A program made the position numbers and the translations under genes. A stretch of 64,000 nucleotides of DNA from Truepera sp. (lineage in GTDB: Bacteria > Deinococcota > Deinococci > Deinococcales > Trueperaceae). The first letter of the stretch is position 1; each line of letters begins with the position of its first letter. The notes below the pieces were generated by a model. It saw nothing but the letters and a program-made list of their open reading frames with translations. It searched no databases and was not told the DNA's origin. The stretch covers positions 2,560,001 to 2,624,000 of the forward strand of contig CBDCKW010000009.1 of NCBI GenBank assembly GCA_965218435.1, written 5' to 3'. Below are positions 1 to 9,814 of the stretch, in pieces.

Positions 1-655
1 CCGCCGCGAACACCGTGAACCCCTGCAGCACATCGTCGGCATGGCACCTTTTTACGGTTTAGAGTTGCGCGTTACCCCGGATACGCTGATTCCCCGCCCG
101 GAAACCGAAATGTTGGTTGCGTACGGGCTCGAGGCGTTAGCAGGCACAGTTAGGCCCAACCTCTTAGATATCGGCACCGGCAGCGGAGCTGTCGCGCTGG
201 CGCTTAAATACGAACGCCCGGACGCACAGGTGTGGGCGACCGACCTCTCCCGAGCGGCCTTGGACGTCGCTCAAAAGAACGCCGAGCGGTTGGGACTCGC
301 GGTTCACTTTATGTTGTCCGACCTGCTGTTAGACCCTGACGTGAGCGCGTTTGCCCGAACCGCCAACCTACTTATCAGCAACCCGCCCTACTTACCGGAG
401 AGTGACGCGGCGTGGCTCAGTCCTGAAGTCAAGCGTGACCCACCGGGGGCGCTCTTTTCCGGCACTGACGGGCTTACTCACTTCCGGCAGCTCAGCGCCC
501 AGGCTTTGACGCTGCTTAAACCCGGCGCAAGCTGCCTCGTCGAACTCGATCCGCGTAACATAAGGCAAGCCCAAGCCGAGAGTACGGTTTGGGCTGAGAC
601 GATTGTCTTCACCGATTTGGTGGGCCGAGAACGGTTTTTACGGCTTCAACGCTGA
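1..655 (+). CDS. prmC: Release factor glutamine methyltransferase (5'-truncated by window edge)
   Basis: Frame open from base 2 (RREHREPLQHIVG), TLIPRPETE, LDIGTGSGA SAM-binding motif, SNPPY motif. Confidence 0.95.
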   Translation, partial: RREHREPLQHIVGMAPFYGLELRVTPDTLIPRPETEMLVAYGLEALAGTVRPNLLDIGTGSGAVALALKYERPDAQVWATDLSRAALDVAQKNAERLGLAVHFMLSDLLLDPDVSAFARTANLLISNPPYLPESDAAWLSPEVKRDPPGALFSGTDGLTHFRQLSAQALTLLKPGASCLVELDPRNIRQAQAESTVWAETIVFTDLVGRERFLRLQR

Positions 656-672
656 GGGCCCAAGCTAATAAC

Positions 673-1167
673 CTAGTCAACCTGCTTTTCAGCCGGATAC
701 TCTGAGTTTCGTCTGGGTCGCTCGAAAAAGCTCGAGAGAATCAGGAGCGCCGCGCCGACAACCACACAAGAGTCGGCGACGTTAAACACCGGAAAGTTAA
801 AGTTCGGCAGGTAAAAGTGGATAAAGTCGCGGACATACCCAAGGGCAAAGCGGTCGATCATATTGCCCACCGCGCCCGCTAAGATGAGCGTAAACGCCCA
901 CGCTTGTACCCGCGGCAGCGTCCGCGAGTTTCTGAACAGATAGATCAAAATCCCCAGCGCCACGACCGCCGACAACACGCCCAACAGCAGCGTCGCTGCC
1001 GGACCCCGCTGCAAGATGCCGAACGCCGCGCCGATATTCTTTGTATAGGTAAAGTGGAAGCCCAAACCCAAGGGAACGCTGGGGCCGCCTAACGGAAAAT
1101 TATTAACGGCCCACACCTTGCTCAGTTGGTCTAGCGCGACGAGCACCGCTGCAAAAATCAGATACAT
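673..1167 (-). CDS. lspA: Lipoprotein signal peptidase II
   Basis: LDQLSK, NIGAAFG, GAVGNMIDR, VRDFI, FNVADS motifs; leaderless TATACT-N6-ATG. Confidence 0.96.
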   Translation of the reverse strand: MYLIFAAVLVALDQLSKVWAVNNFPLGGPSVPLGLGFHFTYTKNIGAAFGILQRGPAATLLLGVLSAVVALGILIYLFRNSRTLPRVQAWAFTLILAGAVGNMIDRFALGYVRDFIHFYLPNFNFPVFNVADSCVVVGAALLILSSFFERPRRNSEYPAEKQVD

Positions 1168-1341
1168 AACCTAAGTATAAACCCCGCACGAACCCCGGTC
1201 ACGGTGCGAACACCTTTGTACGAGCTGCCGCTCTATAGAGCTAGGTGCGCGTAACAGGCGTAACTTGTAAAGAATCCGGGTTGGACGTTTAGAGACTTAG
1301 GTAAAATGGTACAAACAATTGGAGAAAGCAGTGTTTTACTA

Positions 1342-1360
1342 TGTATATTAGGTATATACA
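1342..1360. promoter_or_regulatory. Palindromic operator candidate upstream of gdh (TGTATAT-N5-ATATACA)
   Basis: Perfect 7-bp inverted repeat in the AT-rich lspA/gdh divergent intergenic region. Confidence 0.5.
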
Positions 1361-1413
1361 CCTCTACGTTCGCCTGCTAATGAACGAGTCACGACCTTAA
1401 GGAGGGGTACGCT

Positions 1414-4400
1414 GTGCCTGCGACCCTAAATCAGCTGCAACAACTGATCAGCCATAGTAAACGGAGCCGGACCACGCTCTCAAAGCGGCTGCTCGGCACG
1501 CTTTTCGAACGGGCGACGCCTGAGCTGTTAGCGCACTTTACGCCGGGCGGTTTAGAGGCGCTTGGCGGGGCAGCAGCAGCGTTTTTAGCGCAACCCGAAG
1601 AACTAAAAGTGCGCGTCTATAATCCAACGGCCGAAACGCACGGTTGGACGGTTCCCTATACAGTCGTCGAGCTTTCCCTGCCCGACCGCCCGTTTATCGT
1701 TGATTCGGTGCGGGCCGCGGTGCAGCGGCAGGGGTATGAGCCTCTCTACGTCTTGCATCCGGTGCTGAAGGTGCTGCGGGACGCTGCCGGTGAGCTCGTC
1801 GGCCTGATGAGCGCCGCCGACATTGAGACGAACACTGGAACGCAACCTTCTGACGCGCGGTCGGATATTCAAGAACAGGATAGACAGACACCAACGAGCA
1901 GCAAAGTTGCTTATGAGCTGTTCTTCGTCTCGCCGGTCGCGCGCCAAGCCGACCGGGACGCCCTCGGTCAGGGCGTTAGGGACGCCCTGACCGACGTGCT
2001 GCTGGCGACGCGCGACTACGGCGCGATGCAAACCCAAGCTGAAGCGTGGGCGCTCGAGCTGAGCAACCTTGCTAACAGCTCGAGTGGCGAACGCGCCGAC
2101 GAACTCTCCGAGTACGCCGCCTTTATGCGCTGGCTGGGAGCCGACCACTTCGTCTTTTTGGGCTACCGCGAGTACGATATTTTACAAAACGGAACGCCGA
2201 AGCTGCAGGTCACTCCCGACTCGGGCCTCGGGATTTTGAGCAAGCCCAGCAGCGCCTACGAGACGCCGACGCCGCTTTCAGAAATTCCTGAAGAGCTGCG
2301 CGAACGCATCCTCAGCGGACGCGTCCTGACCGTGACCAAAACCAACGCCGAGGCGACCGTTCACCGTCCGGTGCGGATGGATTACCTCGGGATCAAAAAG
2401 GTACAGGGCGAGCTTTACGTCGGGGAAGTGCGTTTCATCGGGCTGTTTACCTCGAAGGCGCTGGCTGCGTCCGTTGAAGAGATTCCCATTTTACGGCGCA
2501 AGCTGCGGCTGGTGTTAGAGCTTGACGGCGCGGAGCCGGGTTCGCACGACTTTAAGCAGCTCGTGTCGGTGTTCGGCTCGCTGCCCCGCGATGAACTCTT
2601 CTGGAGCGACGCGCCGCGGCTTTTAGGCGACGTCCGCACTGTGATCGGCGCGGCCCAGAGCGGCGGGGTACGCGTTACGGTGCGGCCCGACCCGCTGGCG
2701 CGGGGGCTCGCGGTGATGGTTATTATGCCGCGCGAACGCTTTAACTCGGGGGTACGGCGGCGGGTACAGGCGTATTTGGCCCAAGAGCTCGGCGCAACCC
2801 ATACCGATTATCAGCTGGTTATGGGCGAAGGCGACGAGGGCGTGCGGTTTCACTTTTTTTTCTCGACCGAGACCGACTACCGAACGCTCAATCTGGGGGT
2901 GCTCGAGGGAGGTGTCCAAGCCCTGACCCGAACCTGGGGCGATCAGCTGAGTGACCTGCTGCGACGTCAGCCGGGTTCTGCAGGTGAACAGCTGGCGAGG
3001 CGTTACGCAGACGCGTTTGACGAACGCTACCGCGCCGACACCACCCCCGAAACGGCGTTACGCGACGTGGCGTATATCGAACGGCTCAGGCGTGAAGCCC
3101 AAACTGCGCCAAACACGCCGCCTGTTGTCGTCAATCTGCTGAACCCAAACGAGTCGGCGCACACCTCGCAGGCAGCCTTGGGGCAGGACTTAGCAGAGCT
3201 CGGCACCGGAGCCAGTCATCTGGAGGTCTATCACACAGGTCCTACGCTGGTCTTAAGCGACGCCTTACCGCTGCTGGAAAACTTGGGGCTCAGGGTGCTC
3301 GAGCAGGTCGCTTATACCTTTGACCTGAGCGAACTGCCGGAGACCGAACCGATTTCGGCAGCTTCAAACGTGTCAGCTTCAAACGTAGCAGCTTCGGGCG
3401 TCTACGGCCTCGATATCTTCCGCGTTCAGGACCGGCGCGGGGCGGCGCTCGAGGTTGACAAAGTCGGTGAACACCTCTGCGCCGCGCTGACGGCGCTGTT
3501 ACGGGGTGACGCGGAAAACGACCGGCTGAACCGTCTGGTTCTCTCGGCGGGCCTCAGCGTGCGGCAGGTCGCGCTCTTACGCGCGTTACAGATGTATACC
3601 GCGCAGCTGAGTACAGGCGTCAGCCGCAGCTTCGTCGTAGATACGCTCCTCAACCAACCGGCGCTGGCCGCGCAGTTAGTCAAGCTGTTCGAGCTTAAAT
3701 TTGCACCTGAGCTTAGAGACCGGGACGTGCGCCTTACGGCGGCCCAGGGAGCGTTTGAAGAGGGCTTGCAGGCGGTCTCATCGCTCGCCGAAGACGAAAC
3801 GCTCCGCGCGCTGCACGGCCTCGTAGACGCCGCCGTACGGACGAACTACTTTTTGGACAAACCCTATATTTCGTTCAAGCTCGAGTCGGCCAAAGTTCCG
3901 CAGATGCCTGAGCCACGCCCGATGTTTGAGATCGCGGTGTCCGCCCCGCACGTCGAAGGGACGCACCTGCGTGGGGGCCGGGTCGCGCGCGGCGGCCTCC
4001 GCTGGAGCGACCGCCCCGACGACTTTCGTACCGAAGTGTTGGGTCTGATGAAAACCCAGATGACCAAAAACGCCGTGATCGTGCCGGTCGGCTCCAAAGG
4101 CGGCTTCGTCCTTAAAGGTGCGCCGACCGAGCGGGACGCACTCCAAGCGTTTGTCCGCGAACAGTACCAAACGTACTTGCGCGGGCTGTTAGACCTGACC
4201 GATAACTTGCTTGACGGGCAACCGGTCACGCCGGAAGGTCTGGTCGTCTACGACGAGCCCGACCCCTACTTAGTCGTCGCAGCCGACAAGGGTACCGCGA
4301 CCTTTTCCGACCTAGCCAACGACACCGCCGCTGAATACGACTTTTGGTTGGGCGACGCCTTCGCCTCGGGCGGCTCGCACGGCTATGACCATAAGGCCGA

Positions 4401-6336
4401 AGGCATCACCGCGCGCGGCGCGTGGGAGAGCGTCCGGCGGCATTTTCTCGAGCTCGGTACCGACGTCACGAAAACCCCGATGACAGTTTTTGGTATCGGC
4501 GACATGTCCGGCGACGTGTTCGGGAACGGCCTCCTCTACACAGACACGCTCAAACTGCAAGCCGCCTTTAACCACCAGCACATCTTTTTAGACCCCGCTC
4601 CCGACCCGGCCATCAGTTTTGCCGAACGCCAACGCCTCTTCGAGCTGCCGCGCTCAACATGGGAAGATTACGACCCTTCGCTGATCAGTGGGGGCGGCGG
4701 GGTCTACTCGCGGTTTGCTAAACGCATCGCGCTCTCCGCGCAGGTTCAGGCGATGTTAAAGGTAGACGACGAAGCGTTGTCCGGCCAAGACCTTATCCGG
4801 GCCATTCTTAAGATGCCCGCCGACCTCTTGTGGAACGGCGGCGTCGGGACCTACGTTAAAGCGAGCGGTGAAACGCACGCGCAAGTCGGCGACAGCAGCA
4901 ACAACGCCGTCCGCGTGGACGCGTCTGAGCTACGCGCGAGGGTCGTCGGCGAAGGCGGCAACTTGGGCTTTACCCAGCTTGCCCGAGTTGAATACGCCCT
5001 GGCCGGAGGCCGTATCAATACCGACGCGGTAGATAATTCGGCGGGCGTAGACATGTCCGACCACGAGGTCAATCTCAAAATTGCGCTCCGGCCTCTGGTC
5101 GCGGGCGGCACTTTGACCTTCGAGGCGAGAAACGACCTCTTACGGGAGATGACCCCGGCGGTGAGCGAGCTTGTTTTACGGGACAACGCAGGGCAAGCCC
5201 TGACGCTTTCACTCGCAGAGCGGCGAGCCGAACGTGACCCTAGACTTTTCGTCTCCCTGCAAGCGTATCTCGCGGAGCGCGGCGGGTTACGGCCCGAGGT
5301 CGAATTTTTACCGAGCGCCACAACACTTAAAGAACGCCCCTACACACGCCCCGAGCTGGCGGTGCTGATGGCGTACACCAAGATGGGCCTCTACCGGCGA
5401 CTGTTAGAAACCGACCTGCCCGACGAACCGCACTTTCAGAACTACTTGTTGAGTTATTTTCCCAAGGTGCTGCAAGCGCGTTTTCCGGAGGCGATTCGGG
5501 CGCACCCCTTGAAACGTGAAATTATCGCCACGCAGTTTACCAACGCAGTGGTTGACCGCCTCGGTATCAGCTTTGTTCACCGGATACTGCAAGAGACCGC
5601 CTCGAGCCCCGTTCAAACCGTTCAGGCCGGATTATTGGCGCTCGAGCTCTTGCACGCTCCCGACTTGCTGGCGCAGATAACCAGCAGCGGCGCACCAACC
5701 GAAAGCCAGTACGACGAAATTGACACCTTGACCCGCGCCGCTGAAGCCGTCTCCCTCTGGCTGCTGTTGGGCGGCGTCCGGATAGAACCGATTCCAGCCT
5801 TTATCCAGGCGTACGAGCCGCCTTTGGGAAGGCTTCGCAGCGAACTAGCGAGCTTATTAAGCGGTTACGAACTTGCCAATTTCGAGACCGAAAAGCGCGA
5901 CTTAGCAGGTAGCTTCGGAAGACAATTGGCCGAAGAACTCGCCACGCTCCCCTACTTGCCGAGCATGATGGGCGCAGTTCGCGTGGCGCGGGAGTCGGGC
6001 ACAACCTTGGAACGCGCCGCCGAGCACTTTTACGGTCTCGGCGAACGGCTCTCACTCGGGAGTTTGCGCGACGGGTTGTTGGGGCTGTCCGCCGCCGACA
6101 AATGGGAGAAAATCGCTCTCAGCACGCTGGTCATGGAGTTACGCCGAATGCAAGTCGAGCTGAGCTTGCAGTATCTGGAGAGCGGCGCAGAAGACGCCGA
6201 CACGTTCTTATCAAGGCGTCCCCAAAACTTAAAACGCTTTGACACGACGCTCGCCGAGGTGCAGCGGGGCGGCGCGGTGGGGCTGGCGAGTGGCGGAGTT
6301 TTGAGAGGACTATTGCAAGGATTGCTCGAGGATTAA
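1414..6336 (+). CDS. Large (~180 kDa) NAD-specific glutamate dehydrogenase
   Basis: GGRVARGGLRWSDR, KNAVIVPVGSKGGF, VAADKGTATFSD, GDMSGDVFGNG, GEGGNLG motifs; AGGAGGGG RBS before GTG. Confidence 0.95.
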   Translation: MPATLNQLQQLISHSKRSRTTLSKRLLGTLFERATPELLAHFTPGGLEALGGAAAAFLAQPEELKVRVYNPTAETHGWTVPYTVVELSLPDRPFIVDSVRAAVQRQGYEPLYVLHPVLKVLRDAAGELVGLMSAADIETNTGTQPSDARSDIQEQDRQTPTSSKVAYELFFVSPVARQADRDALGQGVRDALTDVLLATRDYGAMQTQAEAWALELSNLANSSSGERADELSEYAAFMRWLGADHFVFLGYREYDILQNGTPKLQVTPDSGLGILSKPSSAYETPTPLSEIPEELRERILSGRVLTVTKTNAEATVHRPVRMDYLGIKKVQGELYVGEVRFIGLFTSKALAASVEEIPILRRKLRLVLELDGAEPGSHDFKQLVSVFGSLPRDELFWSDAPRLLGDVRTVIGAAQSGGVRVTVRPDPLARGLAVMVIMPRERFNSGVRRRVQAYLAQELGATHTDYQLVMGEGDEGVRFHFFFSTETDYRTLNLGVLEGGVQALTRTWGDQLSDLLRRQPGSAGEQLARRYADAFDERYRADTTPETALRDVAYIERLRREAQTAPNTPPVVVNLLNPNESAHTSQAALGQDLAELGTGASHLEVYHTGPTLVLSDALPLLENLGLRVLEQVAYTFDLSELPETEPISAASNVSASNVAASGVYGLDIFRVQDRRGAALEVDKVGEHLCAALTALLRGDAENDRLNRLVLSAGLSVRQVALLRALQMYTAQLSTGVSRSFVVDTLLNQPALAAQLVKLFELKFAPELRDRDVRLTAAQGAFEEGLQAVSSLAEDETLRALHGLVDAAVRTNYFLDKPYISFKLESAKVPQMPEPRPMFEIAVSAPHVEGTHLRGGRVARGGLRWSDRPDDFRTEVLGLMKTQMTKNAVIVPVGSKGGFVLKGAPTERDALQAFVREQYQTYLRGLLDLTDNLLDGQPVTPEGLVVYDEPDPYLVVAADKGTATFSDLANDTAAEYDFWLGDAFASGGSHGYDHKAEGITARGAWESVRRHFLELGTDVTKTPMTVFGIGDMSGDVFGNGLLYTDTLKLQAAFNHQHIFLDPAPDPAISFAERQRLFELPRSTWEDYDPSLISGGGGVYSRFAKRIALSAQVQAMLKVDDEALSGQDLIRAILKMPADLLWNGGVGTYVKASGETHAQVGDSSNNAVRVDASELRARVVGEGGNLGFTQLARVEYALAGGRINTDAVDNSAGVDMSDHEVNLKIALRPLVAGGTLTFEARNDLLREMTPAVSELVLRDNAGQALTLSLAERRAERDPRLFVSLQAYLAERGGLRPEVEFLPSATTLKERPYTRPELAVLMAYTKMGLYRRLLETDLPDEPHFQNYLLSYFPKVLQARFPEAIRAHPLKREIIATQFTNAVVDRLGISFVHRILQETASSPVQTVQAGLLALELLHAPDLLAQITSSGAPTESQYDEIDTLTRAAEAVSLWLLLGGVRIEPIPAFIQAYEPPLGRLRSELASLLSGYELANFETEKRDLAGSFGRQLAEELATLPYLPSMMGAVRVARESGTTLERAAEHFYGLGERLSLGSLRDGLLGLSAADKWEKIALSTLVMELRRMQVELSLQYLESGAEDADTFLSRRPQNLKRFDTTLAEVQRGGAVGLASGGVLRGLLQGLLED

Positions 6337-6845
6337 CTGCGCCGCCACCTTAACCAAGCCCACACCAGCACACCGGTCAGCGGGTAAAGTACCCAGGCAA
6401 GCAAAGGGCCGACAAGACTCCCGGTGCTGCTGCTCCCAGAGAGCGTTACAACTGCGCTGGGAACCGTGGCCACAGGTCTGTCAAACGTTGTAAAAGTCAG
6501 GGCAAAGACATAATTGTCAAGTCTCAGCTGGCTTAACGTGACGATAAACGGTAGCGGCAGGCTCGTTAGAACACCCAAGCACGCGGCGTAAAATATGCCT
6601 AGTCGTGAAGAGGCTGTTCTGACAAAAAGGCCACCGAAGGCAGCACCGAGAAGTGCAGCCACAAGCACCGGGGGCCACAACGCCCCGAAGATAAGAGCGG
6701 GTGGCAGCTGTAACCACAGTAAAGCACCGGTATCCGGCAGCTTGAAACCGAAATCCGGCAACTTATAAAAGAACATCGGCACGGCGGTAGCAAAAAGCGT
6801 TACGACGCCGAAGACAAGTGCTGTGCTGAGCCGTTAGCGTTGCAT
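6333..6845 (-). pseudogene. Small membrane protein; in-frame TAA at codon 4 of the likely original start (or shorter CDS from 6782)
   Basis: TATAGT-N6-ATG at 6845 is in frame with the hydrophobic ORF 6333-6782, reading MQR*RLSTALVFGVVTLFATAVPMFF... Confidence 0.45.
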
Positions 6846-6940
6846 AGGGCTACTATAGAGGGTTTTGTGGGGGGCTCGAGATAAACCGTAAGAGCTATAA
6901 TCTGAAAGCAGCAGACGAGATTTATACCTTACAACTCGGG

Positions 6941-7852
6941 ATGGCACCTGTGAACCAACGTAGTCGCGTCGCAGAAGTTAAAAACGTAAGTCAACGTTTC
7001 GGCGCAACCTACGTCCTGCGCAACGTCTCGTTTTCGGTACAAGCCGGTGAAGTCGTGGCGCTTTTAGGACCAAATGGTGCAGGCAAGACGTCACTTTTTG
7101 ACCTGCTCCTCGGCTTAGCGCGTCCGAGCCAGGGAACTATCACCGTGTTTGGTTATCCGCCGCAGCATCCCGAGGCGCGGCGCGCTCTGGGTTCAACATT
7201 GCAGCACTCGAGCTTTCCAGAGACGTTGACGAGCCGGGAGATCATCCGTTTTGTCCAGGCGCATTATCCCAAACATTTAGGGGCGGAACAGCTTACCAAA
7301 GACTTTGGGCTCGAGTCCCTTGAAGAAAAATCCGTGGGCGGTCTTAGCGGGGGACAGCAGCGCAGCTTGGCGGTGGCGCTCGCCTTTGCCGGTTGTCCAA
7401 AACTCGTCCTCCTCGACGAACCGACTGTGGGCCTAGATGCGGCGGCGCGGCGGCGACTGTGGAGCGTGATCAAACGTTACGCCAAAGCAGGCGGCAGCGT
7501 CTTGTTAGCGACGCATTACTTTGAAGAAGCCGAGCAGCTTGCAGACCGGGTGATTCTTTTGTATGAGGGAGAGGTCATCACCGATGACAGTTTAGAAAAT
7601 CTTAAAGCGAGAACAGGCGGGCGGCTGATACGGTTTAACCTCGATGATCCAGCTCAACTCGGCCTACTTGATGATCTAAAGAATGCCACCAGTATGAACA
7701 TTGACTCGGGCGAGGTGAAGCTTTATGCCACGGACGCCGACCTGTTGGTACGCGAGTTGTGCAGACGCGACATCAGGTTTTCAAACCTCACGGTCAGCGA
7801 GATAGCGTTAGCGGAGATGATTGACCGTCTGTTAGCGGCAGAGCGCCCATGA
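6941..7852 (+). CDS. ABC-2 type exporter ATP-binding protein
   Basis: Walker A GPNGAGKT, LSGGQ signature, LLDEPT Walker B, H-loop ATH. Confidence 0.95.
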   Translation: MAPVNQRSRVAEVKNVSQRFGATYVLRNVSFSVQAGEVVALLGPNGAGKTSLFDLLLGLARPSQGTITVFGYPPQHPEARRALGSTLQHSSFPETLTSREIIRFVQAHYPKHLGAEQLTKDFGLESLEEKSVGGLSGGQQRSLAVALAFAGCPKLVLLDEPTVGLDAAARRRLWSVIKRYAKAGGSVLLATHYFEEAEQLADRVILLYEGEVITDDSLENLKARTGGRLIRFNLDDPAQLGLLDDLKNATSMNIDSGEVKLYATDADLLVRELCRRDIRFSNLTVSEIALAEMIDRLLAAERP

Positions 7853-8586
7853 AAATCATCCGGGAAAGCCTTTATATCCGTCTGCTAAAGTACCGCCGCG
7901 AACCTGCTTCGTTCGTTTTGTTGACGCTCTTACCGACAACCTTTTACATTTTTTTTGCGCTGCAAGCTGAGCTTAGCGCAGCCGTTGCAACTCGTTACAT
8001 GGCGTCTTACGCAGCCTTTGCGGTCGTCAACGTCGCCCTATTTCAACTTGGTTCCGACCTAAGCGAGCTGGGCTTTGCTGCCTGGGAGCGTTACCTGCAA
8101 ACGCTTCCTACCCCGGCGTGGCCGCGAATCACTGCAAAGGTACTCGAGGGCCTTATCATCGCGGCTCTTGCTTGTCTAGCGGTCGTCGTCGCGGCGCTGC
8201 TGCTAACACCCGTAACGATGCCGCCACAAAACTGGCTGCAACTTCTCGCCTCGCTCCTTTTAGGGGGCGTACCGTTTGTTGTCCTGGGCGGCTATTTAGC
8301 CACAGCCCTCGAGCCCAAGAGCGTTGGCCCTGTCACCAATATCATCTTTCTATTGACGTCTTACGTCGGCGGGTTGTGGACGGGCGGCGTGAGCAATTTG
8401 CCGGAGACGGTGCAGAAATTATCTGTGCTCGTACCAACCAGGCACTATAGCGATCTGGTCAATGCTGCTGCGACCGGCACCCAGCTCCGTACTGAAAGTG
8501 TGCTCTGGCTGCTGGGTTTTTCGGCAGTTTTTGCATTCCTTTGGGTGCAAAGTTTTCAAAATCGCCGACAACGTATTTTTAGCTGA
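7849..8586 (+). CDS. ABC-2 type exporter permease
   Basis: About 6 hydrophobic segments, 245 aa, ATGA overlap with the ATPase gene. Confidence 0.88.
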   Translation: MKIIRESLYIRLLKYRREPASFVLLTLLPTTFYIFFALQAELSAAVATRYMASYAAFAVVNVALFQLGSDLSELGFAAWERYLQTLPTPAWPRITAKVLEGLIIAALACLAVVVAALLLTPVTMPPQNWLQLLASLLLGGVPFVVLGGYLATALEPKSVGPVTNIIFLLTSYVGGLWTGGVSNLPETVQKLSVLVPTRHYSDLVNAAATGTQLRTESVLWLLGFSAVFAFLWVQSFQNRRQRIFS

Positions 8587-8628
8587 AGAGGTCTTTGCCG
8601 ATGGGCACAGGGATTAGGACTCGAGCCC

Positions 8629-9723
8629 TTAAAAAAACGCCGCTGTAACCCGGTTGAGTTGCAACAGTCCGGCAGGCGTAACACGCAAGTAATCACCGCA
8701 ACATTCAGTCAAACCGCCGTGAGTCAGAGAAGCCAAAACGTCACGGTAATGGTCACCGACGTCAAAGCCTGCGCGTTGACCGAGACGAGACAAGTCAACC
8801 CCGCGCCGCGTCCGCAGACCGGTCATCAGCACGTCCTGGACAAACGCCTCAGCGTCTACCGGAAGCACATCCGGCTTGTCACCGGCCAGCCAGTTCTTGA
8901 TGGGCAGGTTGGTACGGCGCTCTCCGATAAGACCTGGTGACGGGACGAAACTTGCGGCTGAGGGTCCCAACGCCAAAAAATGTTCACCCGACCAGTAAAC
9001 GCTGTTGTGCTTTGCGGCAAACCCCGGTTTAGCGTGGCTCGAGACCTCGTAACGTTCCAACCCGTACCCCGACAAAATCTCATCGGCCAGGGCGTAGTCG
9101 TCGGCTTCTTTGTCCTCGTCTACCCGGACGCCGCGCCGCGCGAAGGGCGTATTCGGTTCAACCGTCAAGTTGTACACGCTCACGTGTGGCACCCCGGTCT
9201 GCGCGAGCGTGTGCAAGTCGAGCGCGGCGTCCTGACCGGGCACAGCGGTAATCAGGTCGGCGGAGCCGGTAAAGCCTACGTTTAGAGCTAGCTCAACAGC
9301 AGCCAGACCTTCTTGCCCGGTGTGCTGCCGTCCTAAAAACTCGAGAACAGAATCTTGCGTAGATTGCAAGCCGATGGAAAGGCGGTCGAAGCCGAGGGCG
9401 CGAAAGGTCTCCAAACGCGCCTTATCAAAAGTTAAAGGGTCGGCCTCGAGCGTCGTCTCTTGCAAGGCCGGAAAACCCCAAGTTTGCTCCAACGTTTCAA
9501 CGACAAAAGTGAGTTCGTCATCTTTGAGGTGTGACGGCGTGCCGCCGCCAAAATAGATGGTGTCTAACGTACCGGGAAATTCGGCGTAGAGCGCCTGAGC
9601 TTCTTCGCGTAAACGCTTCAGATAAGCCGCTACCAGTCCGCCGCTCCGCCGCATCTTGTGAAAGTCGCAGTAAGGGCAGATTTTAGGACAAAAGGGAACG
9701 TGAAGGTAGAGCGAGCGCGGCAC
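8629..9723 (-). CDS. hemW: Radical SAM heme chaperone (HemN-like)
   Basis: LYLHVPFCPKICPYCDF, YFGGGTPS, YEVS, HNSVYW motifs; leaderless TAAACT-N6-GTG. Confidence 0.88.
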   Translation of the reverse strand: MPRSLYLHVPFCPKICPYCDFHKMRRSGGLVAAYLKRLREEAQALYAEFPGTLDTIYFGGGTPSHLKDDELTFVVETLEQTWGFPALQETTLEADPLTFDKARLETFRALGFDRLSIGLQSTQDSVLEFLGRQHTGQEGLAAVELALNVGFTGSADLITAVPGQDAALDLHTLAQTGVPHVSVYNLTVEPNTPFARRGVRVDEDKEADDYALADEILSGYGLERYEVSSHAKPGFAAKHNSVYWSGEHFLALGPSAASFVPSPGLIGERRTNLPIKNWLAGDKPDVLPVDAEAFVQDVLMTGLRTRRGVDLSRLGQRAGFDVGDHYRDVLASLTHGGLTECCGDYLRVTPAGLLQLNRVTAAFF

Positions 9724-9764
9724 TCTCTTAGTTTAGAGGCTCGGTAAGAACGGGCAAGTCGCAC

Positions 9765-9790
9765 AAAAAAAGCCCCCTTTGCGGGGGCTC
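9765..9790 (-). terminator. Rho-independent terminator of the sugar ABC operon
   Basis: Minus strand reads AGCCCCC-gcaaa-GGGGGCT then a T run, just after the SBP stop. Confidence 0.88.
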
Positions 9791-9814
9791 GTTCTCTAGC
9801 CTAATAGCTCAGTT

